Shown: piece after piece, positions 16,333 through 24,317 of the stretch | Position numbering within the stretch: position 1 is the stretch's first letter | Layout: every line of letters starts with the position of its first letter | IMG/VR virus record: IMGVR_UViG_3300030433_001618 | Coordinates: 1 to 26,651 of that record | Source: a virus | Lineage: Duplodnaviria > Caudoviricetes | DNA length: 26,651 nt | Strand: one strand, 5' to 3' | Program-made: the position numbers and the translations under genes | The notes under the pieces: model-generated | Seen by the model: only the letters and a program-made list of their open reading frames with translations | What the model was told of the DNA's origin: nothing | Database searches by the model: none

Positions 16333-18317
16333 TGCCTATAAGAGTCTCAGACGTACTTAGAAATCAAAGCAACAGTTATCCCTTAGTTAGAGCAGAGGAT
16401 AATCAAGTTGCGGGTCTGGGATACTTTACTAGCATACAGGACAGATCAAATCTCCCGACACCTAAGAGGACATCATCGTTTATTGCGGTGATGTCTCTTA
16501 GCTCGGAGAGTTTTGTTTGTCAGTTTATTGGAGCGGACCCTCTAGACGACGGCGAGTGGACAAACGTGAGAAAGTGGGCTAAGCTCGCTAACGAAAAAAA
16601 CGTTTTTGAGCTGTTGATTGAGGACTCTGTTCGCAGGGGTTCTAACCTTACGACGGGTGTCGGAACGTTTACCAACAACATTCTTGGTGACTTCGATCAG
16701 GACGGAGAGCTTACGGTAGATGACTTTCTCACCTTCCTTACAGGGTATGTAAATACTTCTAGCACCTCCGCAAGAACCAACAACACCTCTCTACAAAGAC
16801 TAAGTGGGAGGATAGGTTCTTCTGGGGCTCACCTAGCCACGTGGGAGTTTAATAACTACGACGGCACAGACGACTTTATGTTGGCCACGACGAAGGCCAT
16901 CAATGAGGAGATCGACACAAAGATAACAGCCGCAATAGGCAACTTTGATTTCGATACATCTCAGACATTCACATCAGCGAAAGACAACTTCGTCCTCACA
17001 TACGATCACGCAAGTGGGCTGATGAAGCTTGAGGACATAGACACCTCTCGCGGCATCGAAAGGGTTGCTGGTGATTCTACAAAGGCAAACGTTTCGTTTA
17101 CTTCGGACAACGGGATGTCGATTGCTGCCAGCACTAACACAGGAATATCGCTTTCGGAGTCTAGCCCAGGAGACATTTCGTTTAGTGTCAATGCTGACAC
17201 AGACAACAATAACCCGACTTCGATTGCAGCACTCACTATTGCTGGTCAGTCAGCAGCGGCTAAGGCGACCATAACGTTCGGCTCCGCTGCGACAATTTCA
17301 GGTATTGTACTCAATGACTTGGACAACGCCGATGTAGGAAACCCAAGCACGGGTCACTTCCTCAAATACGATGGAAGTAACTGGGTTGGAAGCGCTGTAT
17401 CTGTTGCTTACTCAGACGTAACAGGAACACCGACTCTCGCCACAGTTGCCACTACGGGTAGCTACAACGACCTTTCTGACACCCCTACCATACCTACAGA
17501 TACAAATCTTGGGGGGTCTGATCAAACTCTGTCTGGCCAAAGAGTCGTTGAGATGGGGTCTAACTCTCTTGACTTTCAAAGCTCTTCTGTGTCTAAGTTC
17601 AAGATATTTAACACAGGTACAGTTACAGCCACTGGAAGGCTTACAATAGATGGAAACAGTGTAGTTGGTGGGGCAATAAGAATGAAGGATGCTGACAACA
17701 GCAACATAATCACTCTCCAGGCCCCCACAAACCTTGGCTCAAACGTTTCGTTTGTACTTCCCGACTCTGATGGAACAGCCAATCAAGTCATTAAGACTGA
17801 TGGTAGCGGAAACTTGTCGTTTACCGATCAAGGTGGTAGCACCTTTACTCAGGTGTACAATTTGAACTTTTTTGATGACCTGAGCACACTTAAGCATTAC
17901 TTCCCTTGGAAGGACATCAATGAACAGTCTCAAGCCTATCAAGACGAGTCTTCACTGCTTTGTCCGTTTGACGGAAGGGTCAGGTCAGTTTCACTGAAGT
18001 TTACATCAGTTACTGGCAGCGGAGATATTACTATTGGTATTCAAACTTGTCCTACTGGTGGAAGTGTTTTTGCCCCGACTTCTTTTACAGTTGAGGAAAC
18101 AGAGGTTCTTTCCGCTACATCAGTAGATGACAACCATACCTTCCATTTTGTGTTTGACAATGCTCAGCATTTTGAGGCTGGCGATATGCTTGCTATCAGC
18201 ATTCAAAATTCTGTAGACATTACAGGGACTTCCTACGTCTATGCCACTGCGGTTATAGACTGGGATACGTCTACTGACCTCGGAACATCCAGCACGGAGC
18301 ACGAGTCAAATCCATAA
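16332..18317 (+). CDS. Fibre protein (661 aa)
   Basis: Common fibre motifs LNDLDNADV..PSTGHFLKYDGSNW, TPTLATVATTGSYNDLSDTPTIP and LPDSDGTANQVIKTDGSGNLSF, plus a C-terminal beta domain. Confidence 0.75.
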   Translation: MPIRVSDVLRNQSNSYPLVRAEDNQVAGLGYFTSIQDRSNLPTPKRTSSFIAVMSLSSESFVCQFIGADPLDDGEWTNVRKWAKLANEKNVFELLIEDSVRRGSNLTTGVGTFTNNILGDFDQDGELTVDDFLTFLTGYVNTSSTSARTNNTSLQRLSGRIGSSGAHLATWEFNNYDGTDDFMLATTKAINEEIDTKITAAIGNFDFDTSQTFTSAKDNFVLTYDHASGLMKLEDIDTSRGIERVAGDSTKANVSFTSDNGMSIAASTNTGISLSESSPGDISFSVNADTDNNNPTSIAALTIAGQSAAAKATITFGSAATISGIVLNDLDNADVGNPSTGHFLKYDGSNWVGSAVSVAYSDVTGTPTLATVATTGSYNDLSDTPTIPTDTNLGGSDQTLSGQRVVEMGSNSLDFQSSSVSKFKIFNTGTVTATGRLTIDGNSVVGGAIRMKDADNSNIITLQAPTNLGSNVSFVLPDSDGTANQVIKTDGSGNLSFTDQGGSTFTQVYNLNFFDDLSTLKHYFPWKDINEQSQAYQDESSLLCPFDGRVRSVSLKFTSVTGSGDITIGIQTCPTGGSVFAPTSFTVEETEVLSATSVDDNHTFHFVFDNAQHFEAGDMLAISIQNSVDITGTSYVYATAVIDWDTSTDLGTSSTEHESNP

Positions 18318-18329
18318 CCGTGTATTTAA

Positions 18330-18338
18330 TATATTTGC
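18330..18338 (+). promoter_or_regulatory. -7 promoter element TATATTTGC
   Basis: Intergenic; ATG at 18342. Confidence 0.75.
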
Positions 18339-18341
18339 TCT

Positions 18342-18665
18342 ATGAGCAAAAAGTCAACGGGAAGGATAAAAAGACTTCTTAAGAAGTACGGTCTATCTGG
18401 CGTAAACAAAGCCAAGAGGACCCCCTCTCACCCCAAAAAGTCACACATTGTGTTGGCAAAAGAGGGTGATAGAGTTAGAATTATTCGGTTCGGTCAGCAA
18501 GGGGTGAAGACTAATCAGACTGCTGGGCAGCGAAAAGCATTCAAAAGTAGACATCGTAAAAACATAGGCAAGGGCAAGATGTCCGCTGCTTACTGGGCAA
18601 ACAGAGTTAAGTGGAGCCCTAGTAAGACTAAGTCGCCTAGCAAAAAATGGAAGAAAGGATCATGA
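18342..18665 (+). CDS. Basic hypothetical phage protein (107 aa)
   Basis: TPSHPKKSH.VLAKEG...IRFGQQG...RK.FKSRH...SAAYWANRVKW resembles a family I recall from aquatic phages. Confidence 0.8.
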   Translation: MSKKSTGRIKRLLKKYGLSGVNKAKRTPSHPKKSHIVLAKEGDRVRIIRFGQQGVKTNQTAGQRKAFKSRHRKNIGKGKMSAAYWANRVKWSPSKTKSPSKKWKKGS

Positions 18666-18823
18666 AAGTATTGAAGTCAAAGGTGTCCGTGGCCCCGCCT
18701 AAAGGATACCACTGGATGGAGCAGGGTGGTAGATACTACCTTATGAAGGGAGATTACAAACCTCACGCTGGTGCTGTTGCTAAGGCCCAGTTTAAGCTTG
18801 TTACTCATGGGAAAAAAGGGTAA
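18662..18823 (+). CDS. Small basic hypothetical protein (53 aa)
   Basis: Manual translation MKVLKSKVSVAPPKGYHWMEQGGRYYLMKGDYKPHAGAVAKAQFKLVTHGKKG*; ATGA coupling with the upstream gene. Confidence 0.75.
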   Translation: MKVLKSKVSVAPPKGYHWMEQGGRYYLMKGDYKPHAGAVAKAQFKLVTHGKKG

Positions 18824-19007
18824 GAAGTTTAACGCAAAGTACACTTCTGGAAGCTCAAATGTGGGCAAGAGAAAGAAGTTGATGACGCAGATTGCTAATA
18901 TCTACAAGAAGTACAGAGGCACTAAGTCAAAAAGAAAAAGAAAAGGATTTCCACCAGCCGTGGCCAAAAGACTCAAAAGGCTTATGGCGCAAAGAGATAA
19001 GATATGA
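18807..19007 (+). CDS. Small very basic protein (66 aa)
   Basis: ATG at 18807 (MGKKGKKFNAKYTSG...); ATGA coupling to the next gene. Confidence 0.7.
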   Translation: MGKKGKKFNAKYTSGSSNVGKRKKLMTQIANIYKKYRGTKSKRKRKGFPPAVAKRLKRLMAQRDKI

Positions 19008-19336
19008 CAGATAAAGAGAAAAAGTTTGCTGCCTTGGCTCCCCCAAAGGACAAGATAACCTTTGCCGACAAGATCGCTGGGGCTACAATGGACAAAGCAA
19101 AAAAGGGCATTCGCACCAAAAAGAAGAAGGCCAAGAAGAAGAAGAAAGGAGGAGGTATGGCAGGCTTGTCTGCAGCCCAGAAAGAGGTGTACCGCAGAGG
19201 CCTTGCAGCGTACATGAGCTCTGGAAACAGACCTAAGGTGTCTCAGCACGCATGGGCCATGGCTAGAGTAAAGTCTGCATTTGGTAGACGAGAAGCAGCC
19301 AAGATTAGAGCTAAGAAAGGCAAGAAGAAAAAGTAA
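19004..19336 (+). CDS. Basic protein (110 aa) with DUF5824-like C-terminal module
   Basis: EVYRRGLAAY.SSGNRP.VSQHAWAMARV motif; N-terminal LAPPKDKITFAD; poly-Lys linker. Confidence 0.7.
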   Translation: MTDKEKKFAALAPPKDKITFADKIAGATMDKAKKGIRTKKKKAKKKKKGGGMAGLSAAQKEVYRRGLAAYMSSGNRPKVSQHAWAMARVKSAFGRREAAKIRAKKGKKKK

Positions 19337-19344
19337 TATATTTG
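19337..19344 (+). promoter_or_regulatory. -7 promoter element TATATTTG upstream of scaffold/capsid genes
   Basis: Immediately after the stop codon at 19334-19336. Confidence 0.75.
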
Positions 19345-19361
19345 TAAAAATTTAATTCATT

Positions 19362-20432
19362 ATGGAAGAAAATCAAGCACCAAAGTTCGTTGACTCGCCA
19401 GAAGAGTTGAGTATCAATCAGATGCAGGAAGAGCCTCAGTATGACGCCACCACTGCTCCTGAAGAACCGACTCCTACGGAGCAGCCACAAGCGCAGGAGG
19501 CGCCAGCAGAGCAACCGCCTGTTGATGACTACTCGTTTACGGCTACAGCGGACGAAAGTTCTTTTCAAGACGATTCAGAGTTAGAGGGAGAGATCCTCTC
19601 ATTCCTAAGCCAACGCCTGGGTAGAGATATCAATTCCTTTGACGATCTAAATAAGCAACCTTATGAAGTCGATGAGAGCATCGAATCTATTGCGAGGTTT
19701 GTTCAGGAGACGGGTAGAAGACCAGAGGATTGGTTTACCTATCAGTCACTGAGCCCAGAAGGTATGGATGACCTGACAGCCATTATGGTTGATATGTCAT
19801 CTAAGTACCAAAACCTCTCGCAAGACGAATTGAAGACTCTGGTACTTAACAAGTATAAGGTTGATGAATCTCGTTACGACGAGGAAGAAGTTAAAATCGC
19901 TAAGCTTCAGCTTAAAATTGACGCTCAAGAGTCAAGGAAGGCTATTGACGAAATCAGACAGAAATACAAGTCTGAGTACAATGCTGAGCAGGGCGGTGAA
20001 GACGACGACCCTGTCTTTGACGAAGAATGGATGAAAACCATGACGGACGAAACTATGGCTCTAGAGGCTGTGGAGTTTGACCTTGGCCAAGGTCAGACAT
20101 TTAAGTTTGGATTGGATGAGTCCTACAACAAGTCTTTGGTCAGCAGAAATGCTAACATAGAGACTTTCTTTGATCAGTACATCAGTGATGATGGTGATTG
20201 GAACTTTGACAAGTTCAACGCCGATAGAGCGGTTTTGGACAACGTGAATAAGATCATGTCTGCTGTCTACCGAAAGGGATTGGGAGATGGCCAAAGAGGT
20301 CTTTTGAACACAAGCGCAAATATCCAGTCGCAGTCACCACAGAGGTCTAATCAACCCCCAAGCTCAGATCCATTGACGGCTCAAATTAGACAGGCAATGG
20401 GAATGAGCAACAAAATGACTTTCAAACTATAA
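19362..20432 (+). CDS. Putative capsid scaffolding protein (356 aa)
   Basis: Very acidic, disordered E/P/Q-rich N-terminus and helical core; immediately upstream of the capsid gene. Confidence 0.7.
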   Translation: MEENQAPKFVDSPEELSINQMQEEPQYDATTAPEEPTPTEQPQAQEAPAEQPPVDDYSFTATADESSFQDDSELEGEILSFLSQRLGRDINSFDDLNKQPYEVDESIESIARFVQETGRRPEDWFTYQSLSPEGMDDLTAIMVDMSSKYQNLSQDELKTLVLNKYKVDESRYDEEEVKIAKLQLKIDAQESRKAIDEIRQKYKSEYNAEQGGEDDDPVFDEEWMKTMTDETMALEAVEFDLGQGQTFKFGLDESYNKSLVSRNANIETFFDQYISDDGDWNFDKFNADRAVLDNVNKIMSAVYRKGLGDGQRGLLNTSANIQSQSPQRSNQPPSSDPLTAQIRQAMGMSNKMTFKL

Positions 20433-20445
20433 CAACTAAGAAATT

Positions 20446-21834
20446 ATGGCTATTACTAGCACGCCTCCTATTTACAATACGGATGGCACAACTACTGCGA
20501 GATCGCTACTGTTGGCGACTCCAGAAAGATACTCGGCTATTTCGGACTTTATTGATCCGTCAAAGCCAGACAACAGAGACCTTTTGGTCAAGACCTTTGG
20601 TGATCAGGGCATCACTGGCTTTTTGCAGTTGACAGGTGCAGTTAAGGCTGCTGCTGTAAACGACGAAATTCAGTGGTGGGAAGAAGGTCGACTGCACAAC
20701 ATCCAAGAGTTTAACAACCTCGGTGATAGCACTGCCCCAACAGGCACTATGAGCTGCGTGGACGACAATGGCGATGCGCTGCCTATTTTTGTTCAAAAGA
20801 ACGACGTCATTATGACAGAGGACAACCAGAAGCTCATTGTTACTGGTGTGAGTGGCACTAATGTGTCTGTCTCTGCATTGGACGGCACGGTGAACGCTCT
20901 TGCCCAAGGTTCTGGAAACCGTAAGGCTATCATCTTGGGTAACATGTACGCTCAGGGTAGTGATCAGCCACAGAGCTTCAATCAGCCTCAAGCTGTGAAG
21001 AGAACCAACCCATTCATGATCGTCAAGGGCAACTTTGAGGTCAACGGTTCTCAAGCAACTAACATCGGCTGGGTTGATCTCGGTGGTGGTGAGTACAGAT
21101 GGTACATGAAGGGTGAGCAAGATACTCGCGCTCGCTTTATGGATCACAGAGAGATGATGCTCCTGTTCGGTGAGAAGACTTCTTCTACTATTGACGTCGA
21201 CGGATCAATCAACGGCTCTGAGGGTTACTTTGCTGCTATCGAAGATAGAGGCATCGTTGCTCCTTCAACGCAGCTCACGTCATCTCTTGGTGCTGCAGCA
21301 GACACTGACAACATTGACGGCTTGATTTTGGAGTTGGACAAGCAGGGTGGCGCTTCTGAGTACGCTATGTACTTGAACAGAGTTACTGAGCTTGGCTTCG
21401 ACGACATGCTTGCTCAAGGTCTTGGCGATTTGAGTGGAACTGCAGTGTCTGCTCAGTTCGGCGCTTTCAACAACGACAGAGATATGGCTATTCAGCTTGG
21501 CTTTAAGTCTGCTACTCGTGGTGGTTACACCTTCCACAAGCACGGATGGAAGCTCATGAATGATCCTACTTTGGCTGGCGCCGCAGGCAGCTACAAGGGA
21601 GCTTTGGTTCCTTTGACTGAGGTTGCTGATCCTGGCACTGGTGAGAAGGCTCCTGCATTGGAGTTGAACTACAAGGCTGTGAACGGATACAGCAGAGAAA
21701 TGGAGCACTGGGTAACTGGTGGTGGCGTCCTCGGACACACTAACGGTACGAAGGATACTGCTACATTTAGCTACAGATCTGAACTTTGCCTTTGCACTCG
21801 TGCGGCTAACCGTCACGTGTTGATTAAGGGATAA
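20446..21834 (+). CDS. Major capsid protein (462 aa)
   Basis: Between the scaffold and a strong terminator; WWEEGRLH, EMMLLFGE, GSEGYFAAIEDRG and GFKSATRGGYTFHK..WKLMNDPT motifs as in Bacteroidota podophage capsid proteins. Confidence 0.85.
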   Translation: MAITSTPPIYNTDGTTTARSLLLATPERYSAISDFIDPSKPDNRDLLVKTFGDQGITGFLQLTGAVKAAAVNDEIQWWEEGRLHNIQEFNNLGDSTAPTGTMSCVDDNGDALPIFVQKNDVIMTEDNQKLIVTGVSGTNVSVSALDGTVNALAQGSGNRKAIILGNMYAQGSDQPQSFNQPQAVKRTNPFMIVKGNFEVNGSQATNIGWVDLGGGEYRWYMKGEQDTRARFMDHREMMLLFGEKTSSTIDVDGSINGSEGYFAAIEDRGIVAPSTQLTSSLGAAADTDNIDGLILELDKQGGASEYAMYLNRVTELGFDDMLAQGLGDLSGTAVSAQFGAFNNDRDMAIQLGFKSATRGGYTFHKHGWKLMNDPTLAGAAGSYKGALVPLTEVADPGTGEKAPALELNYKAVNGYSREMEHWVTGGGVLGHTNGTKDTATFSYRSELCLCTRAANRHVLIKG

Positions 21835-21842
21835 TCGTAACT

Positions 21843-21871
21843 GGGAGGGGGAAATGGTCCTCCTCCCTTTT
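21843..21871 (+). terminator. Rho-independent terminator after the capsid gene
   Basis: GGGAGGGGGA-aatgg-TCCTCCTCCC 10-bp stem (one G-U) followed by TTTT and further T-rich sequence. Confidence 0.85.
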
Positions 21872-21902
21872 ACTTTTTGTTTGATTTTAATTTAAGTTTA
21901 TT

Positions 21903-22736
21903 ATGAGTACAACGACTAAGCGGGCTCCAGGCCGCCCCAAAAAATCGCCTGTAGAAACAAAAGCTCCAGCAGCACAGGCTGCTGATAAGAGCGAAGGCAT
22001 CAAGTATGTAGAGCCTAAGAAGGTAAACTACGGATGGAGCTTTGAGGCTTTTAAGGCAGGAGTGGTTTACATGCTGCCTCAGGCGGGAATCACTGTGTTT
22101 GACGAGAAGGAAAAAAGAGTGAGAGAGATACGGTACTGCGAAAACATGCCTTCCATTTATGTTGATGAGCAAGGCGATCACGCAAGAAGAGGGAGTATTA
22201 TCTTCAGGGACAAAATGCTTTTTGTGCCCCCAACAAATCCTCAACTTGCAGAGTACCTTATGACTCACCCAGGAAACAAGGAAAACGGTGGTACGATGTT
22301 TCGGGAGTTGAAGCCAAAACAACACAAGAAACAAGCTTTGTCTTCAGAGTTTGATGTTGTCGAGGCTGTAGCTGCCGTAAGAGATAAGTCTATTTCAGAG
22401 CTTCTGCCTGTAGCCATGGCTTATGGTATCCCTACATCTCAGGGTCCAGCAGAAATTAGATATGATTTGTTGCGCCACGCTAAGGCAAATCCAACCCAGT
22501 TTATGTCTTCATTCGACAGCCCCATGGTAAAGACATCGGCTTACATTAGACAAGCTACAGACTTCCAAATACTTAAAAAGAAGGAGGATGGATACTACTG
22601 GTTCGACACAAACGGATTGATTGTTGCGTGCCCTGTGGGTCAAGAGCCCGTGGACGTGATGACGCGGTTTTGTATGACTGAACGAGGGTCGTCTGTCCTT
22701 ATGGAAATAAGGGACCGACTAGCCAAACTTGACTGA
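21903..22736 (+). CDS. Hypothetical protein following the capsid gene (277 aa)
   Basis: REIRYCEN.PSIYVDEQ...IIFRD..LFVP...HP pattern; basic N-terminus with PGRPKK. Confidence 0.75.
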   Translation: MSTTTKRAPGRPKKSPVETKAPAAQAADKSEGIKYVEPKKVNYGWSFEAFKAGVVYMLPQAGITVFDEKEKRVREIRYCENMPSIYVDEQGDHARRGSIIFRDKMLFVPPTNPQLAEYLMTHPGNKENGGTMFRELKPKQHKKQALSSEFDVVEAVAAVRDKSISELLPVAMAYGIPTSQGPAEIRYDLLRHAKANPTQFMSSFDSPMVKTSAYIRQATDFQILKKKEDGYYWFDTNGLIVACPVGQEPVDVMTRFCMTERGSSVLMEIRDRLAKLD

Positions 22737-22741
22737 CAAAG

Positions 22742-22762
22742 AGGCCCTTCGGGGCCTTTTTT
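22742..22762 (+). terminator. Rho-independent terminator with cUUCGg loop
   Basis: AGGCCC-TTCG-GGGCCT followed by a T tract; preceded by AAAG, so possibly bidirectional. Confidence 0.9.
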
Positions 22763-22769
22763 GTTTTCG

Positions 22770-22778
22770 TATATTTGC
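22770..22778 (+). promoter_or_regulatory. -7 promoter element TATATTTGC
   Basis: Immediately after the terminator; ATG at 22782. Confidence 0.75.
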
Positions 22779-22781
22779 TTC

Positions 22782-23486
22782 ATGGCAAGTGTGAAGCTGA
22801 TATACAACACGATACGCGATTTGGCCAATAAAGATGCCCGAGGATTTGTTACTCCAGATGAGTTTAACAGCTTCGCAGAGGCAGCCCAAATGTCCGTATT
22901 CAACAACATCCTGAATGATATCGCCGTGGCCGCTAGGTCCGCACGAGCATCAGACCCAGGTAGAAATTTCTCTGTAAGAAAGGGTCTTGTAGAGGATTTG
23001 TCTGCGTTCTCAAAAAAGGCAGTCGGCGTTGCTGTATCCAACGGCGTTGCTCAGAGACCTGATGACATGTACAGGGTAATATCTGTAACCACCAAGTCAC
23101 AGCTTTCGTTGGGGAGAAAAAGAGACAAGCAGGTGGAGATTGTTTACGATGATGAGAAGCTCGACAGAATACTGAGAAGCACTCTGAGCGCACCATCGAA
23201 CGACTTCCCTATTGCACTTGTCTCAGACTCAATAGAGGTTTTCCCAGAAAACATCAGAAAGATCAACATTAGATATTACAGAGTGCCTACGGCTCCCTCT
23301 GTGACGCTTATAGAGTCTGGAGGCGTTGAGGTTATCTCTCAGTTTACTGATTTTGAGCTGCCAGACAGCTACACAATGGACTTGATTGTGGAGATCGCAA
23401 AGATGGTGGGGGTTAATCTCAAGGAGCCAGAAATCAGAGCTTATGTTCAGGCCCCTGCAAAGAACATTGTGACTCCAAAAAAATAA
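22782..23486 (+). CDS. Head-tail adaptor / tail ring protein (234 aa)
   Basis: Start at ATG 22782 (MASVKLIY); LANKDARGFVTPDEFNSFA..AQ, IEVFP, YYRVPTAP and DFELP resemble P22 gp4-like/crAss-like ring proteins. Confidence 0.7.
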   Translation: MASVKLIYNTIRDLANKDARGFVTPDEFNSFAEAAQMSVFNNILNDIAVAARSARASDPGRNFSVRKGLVEDLSAFSKKAVGVAVSNGVAQRPDDMYRVISVTTKSQLSLGRKRDKQVEIVYDDEKLDRILRSTLSAPSNDFPIALVSDSIEVFPENIRKINIRYYRVPTAPSVTLIESGGVEVISQFTDFELPDSYTMDLIVEIAKMVGVNLKEPEIRAYVQAPAKNIVTPKK

Positions 23487-23489
23487 CGA

Positions 23490-24317
23490 ATGGCAAGGAA
23501 TAGAGTATCGGTTTCACAGGTGATTGACGACTTCATCATCACCCAGAGCGAGGACGACTTTGTAAGTGGTGCTTCGGATTATGCTATAAGAAACTTTGCC
23601 TTGCGTGGTATTCGTGAGATGGGATTTGATGTGCTCAAAAGAGTCAGATCCATAAAGAGAACTATCAACAAGACCAACAACACAGTGCCGCTCCCAGATG
23701 ACTTTGTAGATATTGTCAAGATGGGCTTGGTTGGCACAGATGGGTTGGTGTATGTGTTTGGGGAAAACAAGCACATAAACATGTCTCAGAAGTACTGCAG
23801 CGACTCTACTGTCATATCCGCTGAGGACGCTACAACGCTCGCTCAAAGAGAGGAGTCTAAGTCGCCAACTGGTAGCATATCAAACATCGCTGGAGACCCG
23901 ATTGATGAGGGTTTTGACTCTTACATTTTCAGAAACTTCTTGTACGGAAACTACGAGGGTGGACTATACGGAATCGGTGGTGCCAACCACTCAGGACAAT
24001 ACAGGATCAACTACGACCAGAACCGATTCGAGCTCGACACGTCTTTGTCCGCCGATGAGGTGGTTGTAGAGTACGTGGCTGATGAAGCTAGGTCTGAGAA
24101 CCCAACGGTTCATGTCTATGCAGAAGAAGCCCTTAGAGCATACATATACTACAAGCTTGTAGAGAGAAAGTCATCTGTGCCTGCCCCTGAAAAGGCGCGA
24201 GCAAGAGCAGAGTATTTCAACGAACTCAGAAGAGCCAACTCTCGACTTTCGAACTTTACCAAACAGGAGGCTCTGGACGTTATTAGAAGAAACTTCAGAC
24301 AGTCACCTAAGGTATGA
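23490..24317 (+). CDS. Second tail ring/adaptor protein (275 aa)
   Basis: ALRGIREMGFDV, VPLPDDFVDIVK, VVVEYVAD, VH.YAEEALRAYI; located before the tail stabilisation gene. Confidence 0.7.
   Translation: MARNRVSVSQVIDDFIITQSEDDFVSGASDYAIRNFALRGIREMGFDVLKRVRSIKRTINKTNNTVPLPDDFVDIVKMGLVGTDGLVYVFGENKHINMSQKYCSDSTVISAEDATTLAQREESKSPTGSISNIAGDPIDEGFDSYIFRNFLYGNYEGGLYGIGGANHSGQYRINYDQNRFELDTSLSADEVVVEYVADEARSENPTVHVYAEEALRAYIYYKLVERKSSVPAPEKARARAEYFNELRRANSRLSNFTKQEALDVIRRNFRQSPKV

Noticed and set aside
18809-18818. Slippery GGGAAAAAAG sequence in the overlap of the 53-aa and 66-aa genes
   Set aside because: A -1 shift from the 66-aa frame meets TAA at 18821 almost immediately, so no useful product results.
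19146-19156. AAGGAGGAGGT as a Shine-Dalgarno for ATG 19157
   Set aside because: Explained by Lys-Gly-Gly-Gly codons; other genes here lack SD sequences and Bacteroidota ribosomes generally do not use them.
22761-22781. TTG start at 22761 for the ring protein
   Set aside because: It falls in the terminator T tract and upstream of the promoter motif; ATG 22782 is preferred.
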